Shown piece by piece: positions 10,073 through 19,927 of a DNA stretch of 64,000 nt (position 1 is its first letter; each line of letters opens with the position of its first letter). The stretch comes from Planctomycetota bacterium. GTDB lineage: Bacteria > Planctomycetota > UBA1135 > UBA2386. Under the pieces are notes generated by a model. It saw nothing but the letters and a program-made list of their open reading frames with translations. It was not told the origin of the DNA and searched no databases. The DNA is taken from the NCBI GenBank assembly GCA_046290465.1, contig JBKAGP010000001.1:1600001-1664000 (forward strand), given 5' to 3'. The position numbers were made by a program, and so were the translations under genes.

Positions 10073-12037
10073 ATGGCCATCATCTCCACGAACACGTTTG
10101 ACCCGCTGCAGCGCTACATCGGCGTGCGGTTGCAGCAGGGCGTCCCGATCGTCGATGCGGACTGGAACGAGTTCGACGACATCCACAAATTCGAACTGCG
10201 CGCCTACCTCAGATGGTTCGTCGGCGACGGCGTCCCCGAAGGCAACGACGCGTTCCGGCTGGTCGCGACCGACACCGCGGATGACTTCACGATCTCCGCG
10301 GGCGTTGCCGCCGGACCACCGGGCGACAACATCGTCACGGGCCTGCGGCACGTCGGACGCTGCATCGTCGATGGCAGGGACGTGCTGATCGAAACCGATA
10401 TCGCCTTCCGTGCCCAAAGTCTGCATGCGAGCCAGCCCAGCGCTGCCGCAGTGGCCGCGGCCTGGGGCGTGCCGACGGTTGCCGAGCTGCCGGCCGTCGA
10501 CGGGACGGTGCTCCTGTACGTCGACGTGTGGGAACGACTCGTCACCCCGAGCGAAGACCCCGGCCTCGTGTTTGCGGGTCTCGGAACGGAGAGCTGCGCA
10601 CGCCTGCGTCGGGAGTGGGTGCTGCGGTGGCGCGCAGCCACCGACGTGCCGCAGTCCGGAGACCCCGACCACCTGCAGGGCCACAGCTACTACGCCATCG
10701 CCCGCATCACCCGCCGCGCGGCCGACCCGGTCGTGCGCGAGGGCGACTGCGATGACCTCCGCGAACGCCGCCTGCTGACGCCGCCGGCAACCCTGATCGA
10801 AGACCTGCTGGATACGGACCCGATTCGCTACCGCCAGGGCCTCGACCGTCCAGCCATCTCCCTGCGAACGGCGATCAACGCGCTGCTTCGCGGCGAGCTT
10901 CCGGCGACCGACGAGTACGCTCTCGCTCCGGTGACCACGGCCCGCGACGACACTTCGTACTCGTGGTTCTTCAACGCTATCGGCGACCCGGTGGTGTTCT
11001 GGCACTCCGAGCGCTCCGGCGGACCGCGCCAGGTGTTCGCCGCAACCTGGCCGCAGGACGACCTCGCCGCCGTGACCGCGGCAGCTCCGGTGCAGGTGAC
11101 GACCGGCGCAACGGCGCACCGGTTGCCGCACGCGGTGCAGTTGCCGAACAACGACTACCTGGTCGTATACGAAACGGGATCGACCGACATCCATTATCGC
11201 CGCGCCGACCAGCTGAGCGGGCTGCCGGCAGCGACGGAGGAAGCGGTGCAGGCCACGGCAGACACGGACCGCCACCCGTTCGTCGTGCTCGCCGGCAACC
11301 AGGTCGTGTTCTTCTGGAACCGGAACGGCGCCCCGGACGAGTGGCTGTACCGCCGTCGCCAGTACGTGCCCTCGTGGAACGAGGCCGACGGCGCCTGGCT
11401 CGACGCCGCGCCTACCAGCCTGTCGGGCCTGCCGGCGGACAATGCCACCAGCACGGTCGGCGAGTTCCATGCGGTCGTCGACTCTTGGGACGCGATCTGG
11501 ACGGCCTTCCGAACGTCGACCGACACCATCGGCATCGTACGCCTCGACCCGGCGACGAACACACTCGAGAACTGGGGCAACCTCGAACTGGAAGGCAGCG
11601 TCGGTTCGACGAACGAAGAACCGTTCCTGATCCTGGACGGCGACCTCGGAGTCTGGATCGTCTGGCGCGACCAGAACGGCGTGCACCACGCGCGCTGGGA
11701 TCGTGCCACCGACACCTGGAGTGCGCCGTCGTTGGCGCCGGGATCGGGGCCAGGCGACAGCTCGCCGGTCGGGCTGCTCGATCACGAGAACGCGCTCTGG
11801 CTCGTATGGGTACAGGACGTCGCCGGTCATGAAAGCATCCTCACGATGCGACGCAATCCGACTACGGGGATCTGGGGGAGCGCACGTCAGGTCGTCACTG
11901 CAGAGGGCAGCGACGACACCCCGTACGCACTCCGCGGCCAGGCCGGCACCATCTGGTTGTTCTGGCGCAGCAACCGCGCCGGCTCCCTGCTGAACCACTA
12001 CGACCTCTACGCCAAACAATTCACGACCGCGATCTAA
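10073..12037 (+). CDS. DUF6519-like CIS fibre protein with C-terminal propeller-like repeats
   Basis: N-terminal FDPLQRYIGVRLQQGVPIVDADWNE; LYVDVWER; repeated W.FW.S.R blades; likely start ATG 10073. Confidence 0.8.
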   Translation: MAIISTNTFDPLQRYIGVRLQQGVPIVDADWNEFDDIHKFELRAYLRWFVGDGVPEGNDAFRLVATDTADDFTISAGVAAGPPGDNIVTGLRHVGRCIVDGRDVLIETDIAFRAQSLHASQPSAAAVAAAWGVPTVAELPAVDGTVLLYVDVWERLVTPSEDPGLVFAGLGTESCARLRREWVLRWRAATDVPQSGDPDHLQGHSYYAIARITRRAADPVVREGDCDDLRERRLLTPPATLIEDLLDTDPIRYRQGLDRPAISLRTAINALLRGELPATDEYALAPVTTARDDTSYSWFFNAIGDPVVFWHSERSGGPRQVFAATWPQDDLAAVTAAAPVQVTTGATAHRLPHAVQLPNNDYLVVYETGSTDIHYRRADQLSGLPAATEEAVQATADTDRHPFVVLAGNQVVFFWNRNGAPDEWLYRRRQYVPSWNEADGAWLDAAPTSLSGLPADNATSTVGEFHAVVDSWDAIWTAFRTSTDTIGIVRLDPATNTLENWGNLELEGSVGSTNEEPFLILDGDLGVWIVWRDQNGVHHARWDRATDTWSAPSLAPGSGPGDSSPVGLLDHENALWLVWVQDVAGHESILTMRRNPTTGIWGSARQVVTAEGSDDTPYALRGQAGTIWLFWRSNRAGSLLNHYDLYAKQFTTAI

Positions 12038-12072
12038 CGGGACGCGCTTCCCTTACCCAGCGAGACCATCTC

Positions 12073-14745
12073 ATGCCGAACCCAATGATTGCCCCGGTTG
12101 CCGACGGCCACGCCGTCGGGGATTCGAACACCGTATTCATCGACCTGATGCTGGTGGATGTCGACGACGAAGCATCGTTCACGATCGACTGTCCGACGAC
12201 GGCCTCGGTCTCGATCGAACGCGCGCCGACCAGCTGGGCGAGCACCGGCACGTCGCTGTTGTCCGCCGGAACGTGGAGCGGCTCGGCGGTGACGTTCGAA
12301 GGTTGGCAGGCGAGCATCAGCGTCGCCGGCACCGAGGCCACGATCACGGTCAGCCAGGTCACGACTTCGCCCACCTCGGACATGGTCCGCGTGCGGGTCT
12401 CGGAACTCGACGCCGCCGCGTGCACGGCAACGGAGGGCGGCAACGCGACGATCGAACGGGTGCTGGCCGACCCCAGTCTCACCGGCCTGGGTTCGAGCGG
12501 CCCCCCGCGCGAGAAGTCGACCGTCACGCTGCTCGGCACCGTCGACTACACCCAGTTCACGACGGGTAGCGCCTCGCTCTCCGCGCTGCCCCCCATCGGC
12601 GCGAACTGGTTGCGGGATCCATCGGATCCGCTGGCTTTCTCGCTGGGAGCGACCACGTTTGCCGGAGTCGGCGGCGCGCCGGCCCAGGCCGACTTTGTAG
12701 TCCCCGGGCTCTACGCGGACGTCGACACGGCCTTCGAACTGCGCGGCTACTGTGACCTCGACGCCTCGGGGACGTACGATCTCGGGGAACCGGAGAACAG
12801 CGAGCCATTCTCGCTCGAAGTCAGCCCGACCGACTTCCACATCCTACTCGTCATCGACCGATCCGGGAGCATGTCGGGCAGCCTCCCCGGGGTCACCCCC
12901 GGCGGCTCGACCAAATGGGAAGAGGCGAAGGCTGCCGCGCACCTGTGGACGGACTTCATGTTGGCGTTCCGAAGCGGCGACGGTCACCGCATGGGGATCG
13001 TGACGTTCGAACACGGAACCTGTGGCTGGGGCACCCAGTCCGCTTCGGGTGAAGTCGATCTGCGGATCCCGCCTCCGGGCGCCCTCGCCCCGCTATCCAC
13101 CTTCGACCTCGATGCGCTGGACCTCGGCGAGCCGGCATCGTGCACGCCGATCGGGGAATCGCTGGTCTTCGCAATGGACAAGCTGCTGGCCGAGTCGCCG
13201 AATCAGGACGAACGCCGCGTCATCGTTCTGCTGACCGACGGCTACCAAAACTCCGGGACGGTCACCATCAAGTCCACTCCACCGGCAAGCGGCGTCACCA
13301 CCTGGGCCAGCGAGCGCACCCAGGGTGCCCGGCAGATCATCAGCAACAACCTCGATCTCTACACCATCGCGGTCGGCCAGGAGACCGAAGAGGACCTACT
13401 CAATGACCTGCCCAACGACCCGGTCGGAGGTGCGGGCTTCTACCACCTGACCAACGACTCCTCCGACCTCCTCGAGACGTATGCGGCCATGCTCGGCAAC
13501 TCTCTGGATGCCGAGTCTCTGAGCCCGACCAACACGCCGGCCGAAACCGATCCGGGCTCGGCCACCGAGACCGCAGATGCGAAATACGTGCAGGTCAACC
13601 AGGGCGAGACGCGGCTGGCCGTCGCCATGGTTCGCAGCGATTCATCGTTCAAGGCACGGCTCGCCTATCGTGACCAGGGCAGCTCGGGGCCGTTCACGCC
13701 GATCGGATCGGGTCCGGACGTGGTGATCCACGAGCGACTCCGACACACGATGGCCATCATCAACCTGTCGGGCCTGTTCGCCGACCCAGCCGAGCCGGCC
13801 AAGGAATGGCGCCTGCAGCTACGCACCGATAGCGGCACGTCGCAGATCCTGGACGGCAAGGTCGTCGCGATGGTCGACCTGCACGTCAAGGCCCAGGTCT
13901 CGTTCGATCGCTCCTCGTACCGAACCGGCGAGCCGATCCAGCTGCAGTGCTCGCTGTCCGCAGGAGCGCGACCGCTCCCCGACGCGGAGGTCACGGTCGA
14001 GGTAGCCGCCCCGGGAGAAGGCCTGGGCACGTTCCTGGCCACCAACTCCGGGCGATACAAACCCGTGGACCAGGACGGGGATGTCAAGCCGCCCAAGCAG
14101 CTGATGTTCTCCACGCTGCTCAAGAGCCTGCAGCTGCCGGGACTGGCGGTGGTCAACCCGGTGTTCGCCGACGGCACCAACCGCCTGCACGACGACGGCG
14201 CGCACGGCGACGGCGCGGCCGACGACGGCGTGTATGCCAACAGCATCGCCGCGACCGACAAGGAGGGCACCTACCGGTTCCGCATCCGCGTCCGCGGTGA
14301 GGTCTCACCGAACAATCGTTTCGATCGACTCTTCGTGCGATCGACCTGGGTCGGAGTGCGAACCGACGTCGCAGCATCTCCTGTGACGATGGTCACGCTG
14401 CCGGCACCCGGACCCGGGCTCGTTGCCATCCAGGTCTTGGTGACACCGAAGAGCGCGACCGGCGAACTGGTCGGACCGTTCCGCGCCGACGAAGTCACCT
14501 TCCAGAGCAGCGCCGGCAGCTGGCAGGGACAGGTCGAGAGCCGCCTCGACGGCTCCTACTCCTACGTTTTGCACTACCCGGAAGGTCAACAACCGGTCGT
14601 GCAAGTCACGGTAGGCGACCAGCCACTCGGCCCACTCGTCGTCGGCGGCGAGGACAGCGGCGATCTGTGTGACCGCCACGGCTGCATCGGGCTCTTTTTC
14701 GTAGCAATACGCTGCCTCTTCCGCAAGCTCCTCAGAGGCAAGTAG
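12073..14745 (+). CDS. vWA-domain protein with choice-of-anchor-X-like motif
   Basis: MIDAS residues LVIDRSGSM / TPIG / LLTDG; LHDDGAHGDGAADDGVY; hydrophobic-basic C-terminus. Confidence 0.8.
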   Translation: MPNPMIAPVADGHAVGDSNTVFIDLMLVDVDDEASFTIDCPTTASVSIERAPTSWASTGTSLLSAGTWSGSAVTFEGWQASISVAGTEATITVSQVTTSPTSDMVRVRVSELDAAACTATEGGNATIERVLADPSLTGLGSSGPPREKSTVTLLGTVDYTQFTTGSASLSALPPIGANWLRDPSDPLAFSLGATTFAGVGGAPAQADFVVPGLYADVDTAFELRGYCDLDASGTYDLGEPENSEPFSLEVSPTDFHILLVIDRSGSMSGSLPGVTPGGSTKWEEAKAAAHLWTDFMLAFRSGDGHRMGIVTFEHGTCGWGTQSASGEVDLRIPPPGALAPLSTFDLDALDLGEPASCTPIGESLVFAMDKLLAESPNQDERRVIVLLTDGYQNSGTVTIKSTPPASGVTTWASERTQGARQIISNNLDLYTIAVGQETEEDLLNDLPNDPVGGAGFYHLTNDSSDLLETYAAMLGNSLDAESLSPTNTPAETDPGSATETADAKYVQVNQGETRLAVAMVRSDSSFKARLAYRDQGSSGPFTPIGSGPDVVIHERLRHTMAIINLSGLFADPAEPAKEWRLQLRTDSGTSQILDGKVVAMVDLHVKAQVSFDRSSYRTGEPIQLQCSLSAGARPLPDAEVTVEVAAPGEGLGTFLATNSGRYKPVDQDGDVKPPKQLMFSTLLKSLQLPGLAVVNPVFADGTNRLHDDGAHGDGAADDGVYANSIAATDKEGTYRFRIRVRGEVSPNNRFDRLFVRSTWVGVRTDVAASPVTMVTLPAPGPGLVAIQVLVTPKSATGELVGPFRADEVTFQSSAGSWQGQVESRLDGSYSYVLHYPEGQQPVVQVTVGDQPLGPLVVGGEDSGDLCDRHGCIGLFFVAIRCLFRKLLRGK

Positions 14746-14950
14746 AGAAACCCGTTCCGAGCCTCGGTTCCTTCGGTCAGTTCTTCACGCTCCTGCCGCT
14801 CCTTCCAGCGTTGCATCCCTATTGCTCCCATCTACGATGCAAGTAAGTGCGTCACGCATCGCGTGTAGGGAATCAGGAGTACCAGTGCGACCGCCGAAGC
14901 TTAGCGAAGGAGCGAGATCTCGGATCGGACACCGGGACTACCGTGTGTGG

Positions 14951-15931
14951 ATGGATCGTTTCATCACGAGCGATCCGGCCACCCTCGACCTGCTCGACGT
15001 CCTCGATCGCGTCGCCGATACCGACGCCTCCGTGTTGATCACCGGAGAGTCCGGCACCGGCAAGGAGTTGCTGGCCCGCGGCATCCACGAGGCCAGTTCG
15101 CGTTCCAAACACGCCTGGGTCGCGATGAACTGCGGCGCGGTTCCAGTGGGGCTGCACGAGTCGGAGCTGTTCGGACACGTGGCCGGCGCGTTCACCGGCG
15201 CTTCCCAGAGCAAGCCCGGCCGGTTCGCCACCGCGGACGGCGGCACGATCTTCCTCGACGAGGTCGGCGAGATGCCGAAGCCGATGCAGACCGGACTCCT
15301 GCGAGTGCTGCAGTCCGGCGAGTTCTCCCCCATCGGAGAGGCGAAGACGACGAACTGCGACGTCCGGGTCGTATCGGCGACGAACCGCGACCTGCCGGTG
15401 CTGGTATCCGACGGTAGATTCCGCCTCGACCTCTACCACCGACTCAACCTGATCGAGATCAAGGTCCCAGCGCTGCGCCATCGCCGCGCCGACATCCCCT
15501 TGCTTGCCAACCACTTCCTCGAAAAGTACGCGACCCGCTATCAGCGACGGGTCTCGATTGGCGAGAGCTTCTTCGATGCCCTGCTGGAGCGAACGCTTCC
15601 GGGAAATGCCCGCGAGCTGGAGAACATCGTCCGTCGCGCCGTGCTCGTGTGCCGCACGAGTTGCCTGGGGCGCAACGATCTCCCACCGGAGAAGCCCAGC
15701 CAGGCGGCGGAACCTGCCGACCCGCCCCCGACAGAGCGAACGTTCCACGAGGAGAAGGCAAAGGTCATCGCCGAGTTCGAACGCCAGTTCCTGACGTCCA
15801 TCCTGCGCAAGAACGCCGGCATCGTCAGGCATGCGGCAACGGCCTGTGGCCTCAGCGAGCGCAACTTCCACGCGAAGCTGGCGCAGTACAGGATCACGAG
15901 CAAGGACTTCCGCGGCGCCGGCACGCACTAA
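14951..15931 (+). CDS. Sigma54-dependent activator lacking an N-terminal sensory domain
   Basis: [38 protein letters not shown]-terminal HTH; start uncertain (14837 or 14951). Confidence 0.88.
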   Translation: MDRFITSDPATLDLLDVLDRVADTDASVLITGESGTGKELLARGIHEASSRSKHAWVAMNCGAVPVGLHESELFGHVAGAFTGASQSKPGRFATADGGTIFLDEVGEMPKPMQTGLLRVLQSGEFSPIGEAKTTNCDVRVVSATNRDLPVLVSDGRFRLDLYHRLNLIEIKVPALRHRRADIPLLANHFLEKYATRYQRRVSIGESFFDALLERTLPGNARELENIVRRAVLVCRTSCLGRNDLPPEKPSQAAEPADPPPTERTFHEEKAKVIAEFERQFLTSILRKNAGIVRHAATACGLSERNFHAKLAQYRITSKDFRGAGTH

Positions 15932-16437
15932 GCGCGCACGCTCGCTTCGATGGCAGCTGCCCGATTCGCACGGCGACCGCACCGATTGCAGGATCTCGGC
16001 GTGAGCGTACCACAAGGCAGCGTACTATCCGGTCTCTTGGCGATCTCTACGTGGCTTCGTTCGACCGAGCGATGCAGGACCGCTCCTTCGAGATCTACCA
16101 TCGAGTTCGTCGCCGGCATTCAACCGCTTGCCTCGTCGACTCCGTAGCGACGCGGGAGTAGCAGGCAGGCTGCGCCCGGACAAGCCACATCAGCGATGTC
16201 CGAAGAGCGTCAGGATCAGTGCGAATGGGACCATTCAGTCCGCACACGTGCTGGCCGCGTCACGAAACACCCAAACCGCGAGAAGCGGAGGAGAAGAAGC
16301 CCATGGGAGAGTGCTGTCGCGAGCATTGGCAACGGCCTTGGCACTTCCGCGTGACCGCCCATCAGGCGACCACCGTAGGTGACCCTGCGCGCGACCGATG
16401 GACCTGAACTCGCTCGCTGTCACAGACCGCCCTATGA

Positions 16438-16542
16438 GAGCCACTCCGGTTCGCCCAAGCGGAGCCACCGCCAGTTCGGCCAAACGGAGCCAGGCCAGTT
16501 CGGCAGAACGGAGCCACCCTGGTTCGGCCAAGCGGAGCCACC
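16438..16542 (+). repeat. IS21 left-end subterminal repeats (4 x 24-25 bp, GAGCCA...GTTCG...CG)
   Basis: Read directly; inverted copies at 17521-17544 and from about 17626 to the right end. Confidence 0.85.
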
Positions 16543-16635
16543 TGTGACGGGTTGAGCCGGAAGCGAGTCTGGAACTGGGTGAGCCCCCTGCCACCCGGGA
16601 TCTTCGAGGAATCACTTACCCCCTCGAGGAACCAG

Positions 16636-17149
16636 ATGGGCAGGAGGCTCAGCATGCATCGTCTACAAGATCTCGTCCGACTCCACCGCGAAGGCGTCCC
16701 CGGCCGCACGGCGGCCCGCCTTCTGAAGATGGGGCGCAACACGATCGCCCGCTACACGAAGGCGCTGTCGGCGGCCGGCCTGCTGAGCGGCGACCCGAGA
16801 GACCTACCAGCCATCGAGGAGCTTCGCGCCGCGGTCGACGAACACGCGCCGCCGAGCACGCCGCCGCAGCAGAAGTCATCGATCGAACGATGGCTGCCGA
16901 TCGTCGATGCAAAGTCCGACGAAGGCGTGCCGCCGACGGCGATCTTCGACTTCCTTCGGCTCGAGCACTCGGACTTCGCGGGCAGCCTGTCGGCGATCAA
17001 GCGCCGCTGCGCGGCCCTGCGCCGCGAACGCGGCGTGCAGCCAGGCGAGGTGACGATGCCCGTCGAGACGGCGGTCGGCGACGTCGCGCAAGTCGACTTC
17101 GGCTACGTCGGCAAGCTCTACGACCCCGAGTCGGGCAAGGAAAAGAAGG
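16636..17149 (+). pseudogene. istA: IstA transposase, N-terminal fragment
   Basis: MHRLQDLVRLHREG HTH; GDVAQVDFG (first catalytic Asp) followed by an abrupt break. Confidence 0.85.
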
Positions 17150-17521
17150 CACCGCGCGTGTCGCGCTGGCTACTCGGTGCTCTACGTCGCCGCGCACGAG
17201 ATGCTGACCAAGCTGCGCGCGTCGCGAGCCGACGGCAGCTACGACCGATGCCTCGCCAAGTTTGCGAGCCCCGACCTGCTGATCATCGACGATCTCGGGC
17301 TGCGACCGTTGGAGAACGACGAGCCCATCGACCTCTACGAGGTCATCCGGCAACGCTACGAGCGCGGCGCGATGATCGTCACGAGCAACCGTGCGCTCGA
17401 GGAATGGCCGCCGCTCTTCGTCGATGAGCTGCTCGCCAGCGCGGCGATGGACCGCGTGCAGCACCATGCCCACGTCGTCGTCATCGATGGGCGGTCTTTC
17501 CGCCAGCCGCGGAGCGCGTAG
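17150..17521 (+). pseudogene. istB: IstB ATPase, C-terminal fragment
   Basis: HRACRAGYSVLY, DLLIIDDLG, IVTSN, AAMDRVQHHA..GRSFR; Walker A missing. Confidence 0.85.
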
Positions 17522-17676
17522 TGGCTCCGTTTGGCCGAACTGGGCGTGATTCCTGCCGAACGCGATCAGGCTTCTGTGCCAATCCCGAAACGTCGCCTGT
17601 GCCAGTCCGAATCCGGCTTCGAGAGGTGGCTCCGAATGGCCGAACTGGGGTGGCTCCGATCAGGCGGTCCTTGACA

Positions 17677-18150
17677 CCGGTCTTCTCCGCGGCGATCAGC
17701 TGCGAGCCGCTGCCGCTGAAGGGCTCGTAGACGATGTCGCCCGGCGACGTGTGCTTGCGAATCGGGCGCTCGAACAGCTCCGTGGGCTTCGCGGTTGGGT
17801 GCTCGGCCCCGGTGCTGCGTGCCTTGCCGTCGAAGTCGACCTCCAAAACGGAGTCGTGGTCGTGAACACCGTCGTGCTCCGGCTGGTCGCCCTTGCGCCA
17901 TCCCATCACGCAGGGCTCATGGCGGAAATGCCAGTAGACGAGACCGAACACCGACGCCGGCTTCACCCAGATGATCTGCTGGTGGTCGAGGATGCCGAGC
18001 TCACGCCAGATGCGCTGAAGGTCGCCGCTGCGCTTGTGTGCGTGCCAGCAGTAGATGGCGGCCTTCGGGCCGAGCACGTCGAGCACGTTGGCGAACACCG
18101 CATGGAAGAACGCCTCCGGGTCCTTGATCGACACCCCGTCGTAGCGGTCC
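17677..18150 (-). pseudogene. N6/N4 DNA methyltransferase fragment cut by IS21
   Basis: QIIWVK, HPTAKP, VYEPFSGSGSQLIAAEKTG then IS end; no DPPY-containing N-terminus; left boundary approximate. Confidence 0.8.
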
Positions 18151-18360
18151 CATCGTAGCAGAAGCTGCCGCACGCAGAACAGTGGGCCCAACGTTTGCCA
18201 ACCCGCTGTGAACGAGAGCCCACGTCTCTAAACTCGGCGCAAGCCGTAGCTCCACCTGTTGACAGTGCTCCGAACGACCGAGATCGCAAGCTGGGCCGCG
18301 TACGCGTCAGCTCTCACCGCAGGCACGATTTTGTGCAAACCGCCCCCCGAGGCTGAAACC

Positions 18361-18876
18361 ATGGAGATGATGATCAAGGTCATCGGGCTCGTTGCTGGCA
18401 TCGCAACGGCCGGAGGCACCATCGCGGCCGCCTACTTCGTCCTCTTTCTTGGTAGGCGACAACGCGAAGACACGTGGCAACGTCACCTGTCCGAGATTCA
18501 CCAGCTCTTCTGGGATAAGGACCCCGACAACGCCAAAGTACGAATGTGGATCGCGGCGCCGACGCTCGGCTCACCACTCGGGGCCGAGCTCTACAACGCT
18601 CTTCACGTGAGGAGGCACACGCCGAAGAAGATCAGCGCCGAGGACTACGCTCGAATCGACAAGCTGGATCGGTTCTTGAATGCGTTCGTCAGGGTATTCG
18701 TTTTCATCGAGGAGACTCCTGGGCTCAAGCTGACGTCAGCCCACCTGATGCTGGAGTACTGGGCGGGACGCCTGATGGGGCTCGACGAAGAGGGCAAGTG
18801 CGTCCAAGAAGATCTCAACTGGTACATGCGCGAGTACTTCCCCTCGATCGCAAGAGGGCACAAGTTGCTGACCTAG
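18361..18876 (+). CDS. Hypothetical protein, one N-terminal TM segment plus helical domain
   Basis: Hydrophobic VIGLVAGIATAGGTIAAAYFVLFLG; start uncertain. Confidence 0.6.
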   Translation: MEMMIKVIGLVAGIATAGGTIAAAYFVLFLGRRQREDTWQRHLSEIHQLFWDKDPDNAKVRMWIAAPTLGSPLGAELYNALHVRRHTPKKISAEDYARIDKLDRFLNAFVRVFVFIEETPGLKLTSAHLMLEYWAGRLMGLDEEGKCVQEDLNWYMREYFPSIARGHKLLT

Positions 18877-18967
18877 CCAACGCCCCCTGCGTGCGGCTGT
18901 CGCATTCGTGGCCAAATGCGACGCGGATCAACTTGATGATCTCGCCAGAACGAGCGTGCATGTGGTC

Positions 18968-19264
18968 ATGCACCTCCAAGACGCCCTCGGGCAGTTCCAA
19001 GTCCAACTCCGCGCCGATGGGCGCTCGGAGCACACCCGCAAGCAGTACCAGCGCCACGTCAGGGCGCTGATCGCCTGGCTCGCCACAACAGCCCACAGCT
19101 CGGAGATCGAGGCTCTTGTCCCGGCCGTCATCGCCGAGTTCCTCGCCAGCGACGCGGCAACCGGCAGCGCGCGCGGAGGAGCCAAAAAGGCGTCGAGCGC
19201 CAACGCGATGCGCACGAGCATCCGCTGCCTCAGCCGCTGGGCGACCGCGACTGGCCGGTTTTGA
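18968..19264 (+). pseudogene. Tyrosine integrase N-terminal (SAM-like) fragment
   Basis: FQVQLRADGRSEHTRKQYQRHVRALIAWL..SANAMRTSIRCLSRW; stops before the catalytic domain. Confidence 0.7.
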
Positions 19265-19300
19265 ACCGTTCCCCGAGGAAGTTGTTGGCGAACCAACGAC

Positions 19301-19368
19301 TGGTAGCGGGGATGGGTGGTGATTTGAGTCGGGTGGTAAGGTGGGATCATTTGCGCTGGACAGCCTGA
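19301..19368 (+). repeat. Distal att site plus alternative recombinase tail 1
   Basis: Core identical to tRNA 3' end; continues in recombinase frame as VAGMGGDLSRVVRWDHLRWTA*. Confidence 0.8.
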
Positions 19369-19396
19369 GCTGTGAGACCGGCGCCACCGCACAGCA

Positions 19397-19927
19397 TCAA
19401 GTTGGTGGACGAACGGAATCAGAGACCGCACGTACCGTCATGTACCACCCGTTTAGCAGAAGCCCTCGCACCCAATGGACTAGAGCCATTCGCTTGCGAG
19501 CCTTCACTGCATGAGCAGCCACCTCAGGATCGCTATCCTGCGTTGCAACCGACTTCTGAGGGCACGCTTGGGTGTCACCAGCATCCGCTGGACCTTCGGT
19601 TTCACGGGCTCCCTCGGAACGCGAGGTAGATTCAACACCTTCACTGGCCGAGTCGGATTCACTCGACTCTGCCTGCTCATCGAGCGCTTCGTCCACAGCC
19701 TCGTGAACATCCGTCTCTAACTGCTCGTCAGGCGATAACGATTCTTCGGCATCAGCCCGCGTATGGACATGCTTCTGGACGATGTAGATGTGCGAAGCAT
19801 CGTCGAACGAATCTGCAACTTGCTCCAGAAGGCGACTGTTGTCACCAGGATCTCTAGACGTCAGAACCAGAGTGATTCGACGATTTTTCCTCGTTCGGCG
19901 ACGAGGCCTTTGCGGCTGCTCACTCAT
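19397..19927 (-). CDS. Hypothetical protein
   Basis: 176-aa ORF coupled to upstream gene by ATGA overlap. Confidence 0.5.
   Translation of the reverse strand: MSEQPQRPRRRTRKNRRITLVLTSRDPGDNSRLLEQVADSFDDASHIYIVQKHVHTRADAEESLSPDEQLETDVHEAVDEALDEQAESSESDSASEGVESTSRSEGARETEGPADAGDTQACPQKSVATQDSDPEVAAHAVKARKRMALVHWVRGLLLNGWYMTVRAVSDSVRPPT

Larger units (their letters stand above)
16418..17676 (+). mobile_element. IS21-family element with internal deletion (1259 bp)
   Basis: Terminal inverted repeats TGTCACAGACCGCCCTATGAGAGCCAC / TGTCAAGGACCGCCTGATCGGAGCCAC (21/27); subterminal repeats; istA 5' joined to istB 3'. Confidence 0.88.

Noticed and set aside
3..12037. Prophage tail region or T6SS
   Set aside because: No head, packaging, lysis or Tss membrane-complex genes in the window; gene set and order fit eCIS better, though upstream sequence is unseen
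14811..14826. Sigma54 promoter TTGCATCCCTATTGCT before the eCIS-linked activator
   Set aside because: Spacing fits but the near-invariant -24 GG is TG
16438..16542. CRISPR-like array of short repeats
   Set aside because: No unique spacers and no cas genes; repeats lie inside IS21 ends and recur inverted at the other end
17140..17160. Programmed frameshift fusing istA and istB
   Set aside because: Most of the DDE domain and the IstB Walker A are missing; a deletion explains it better
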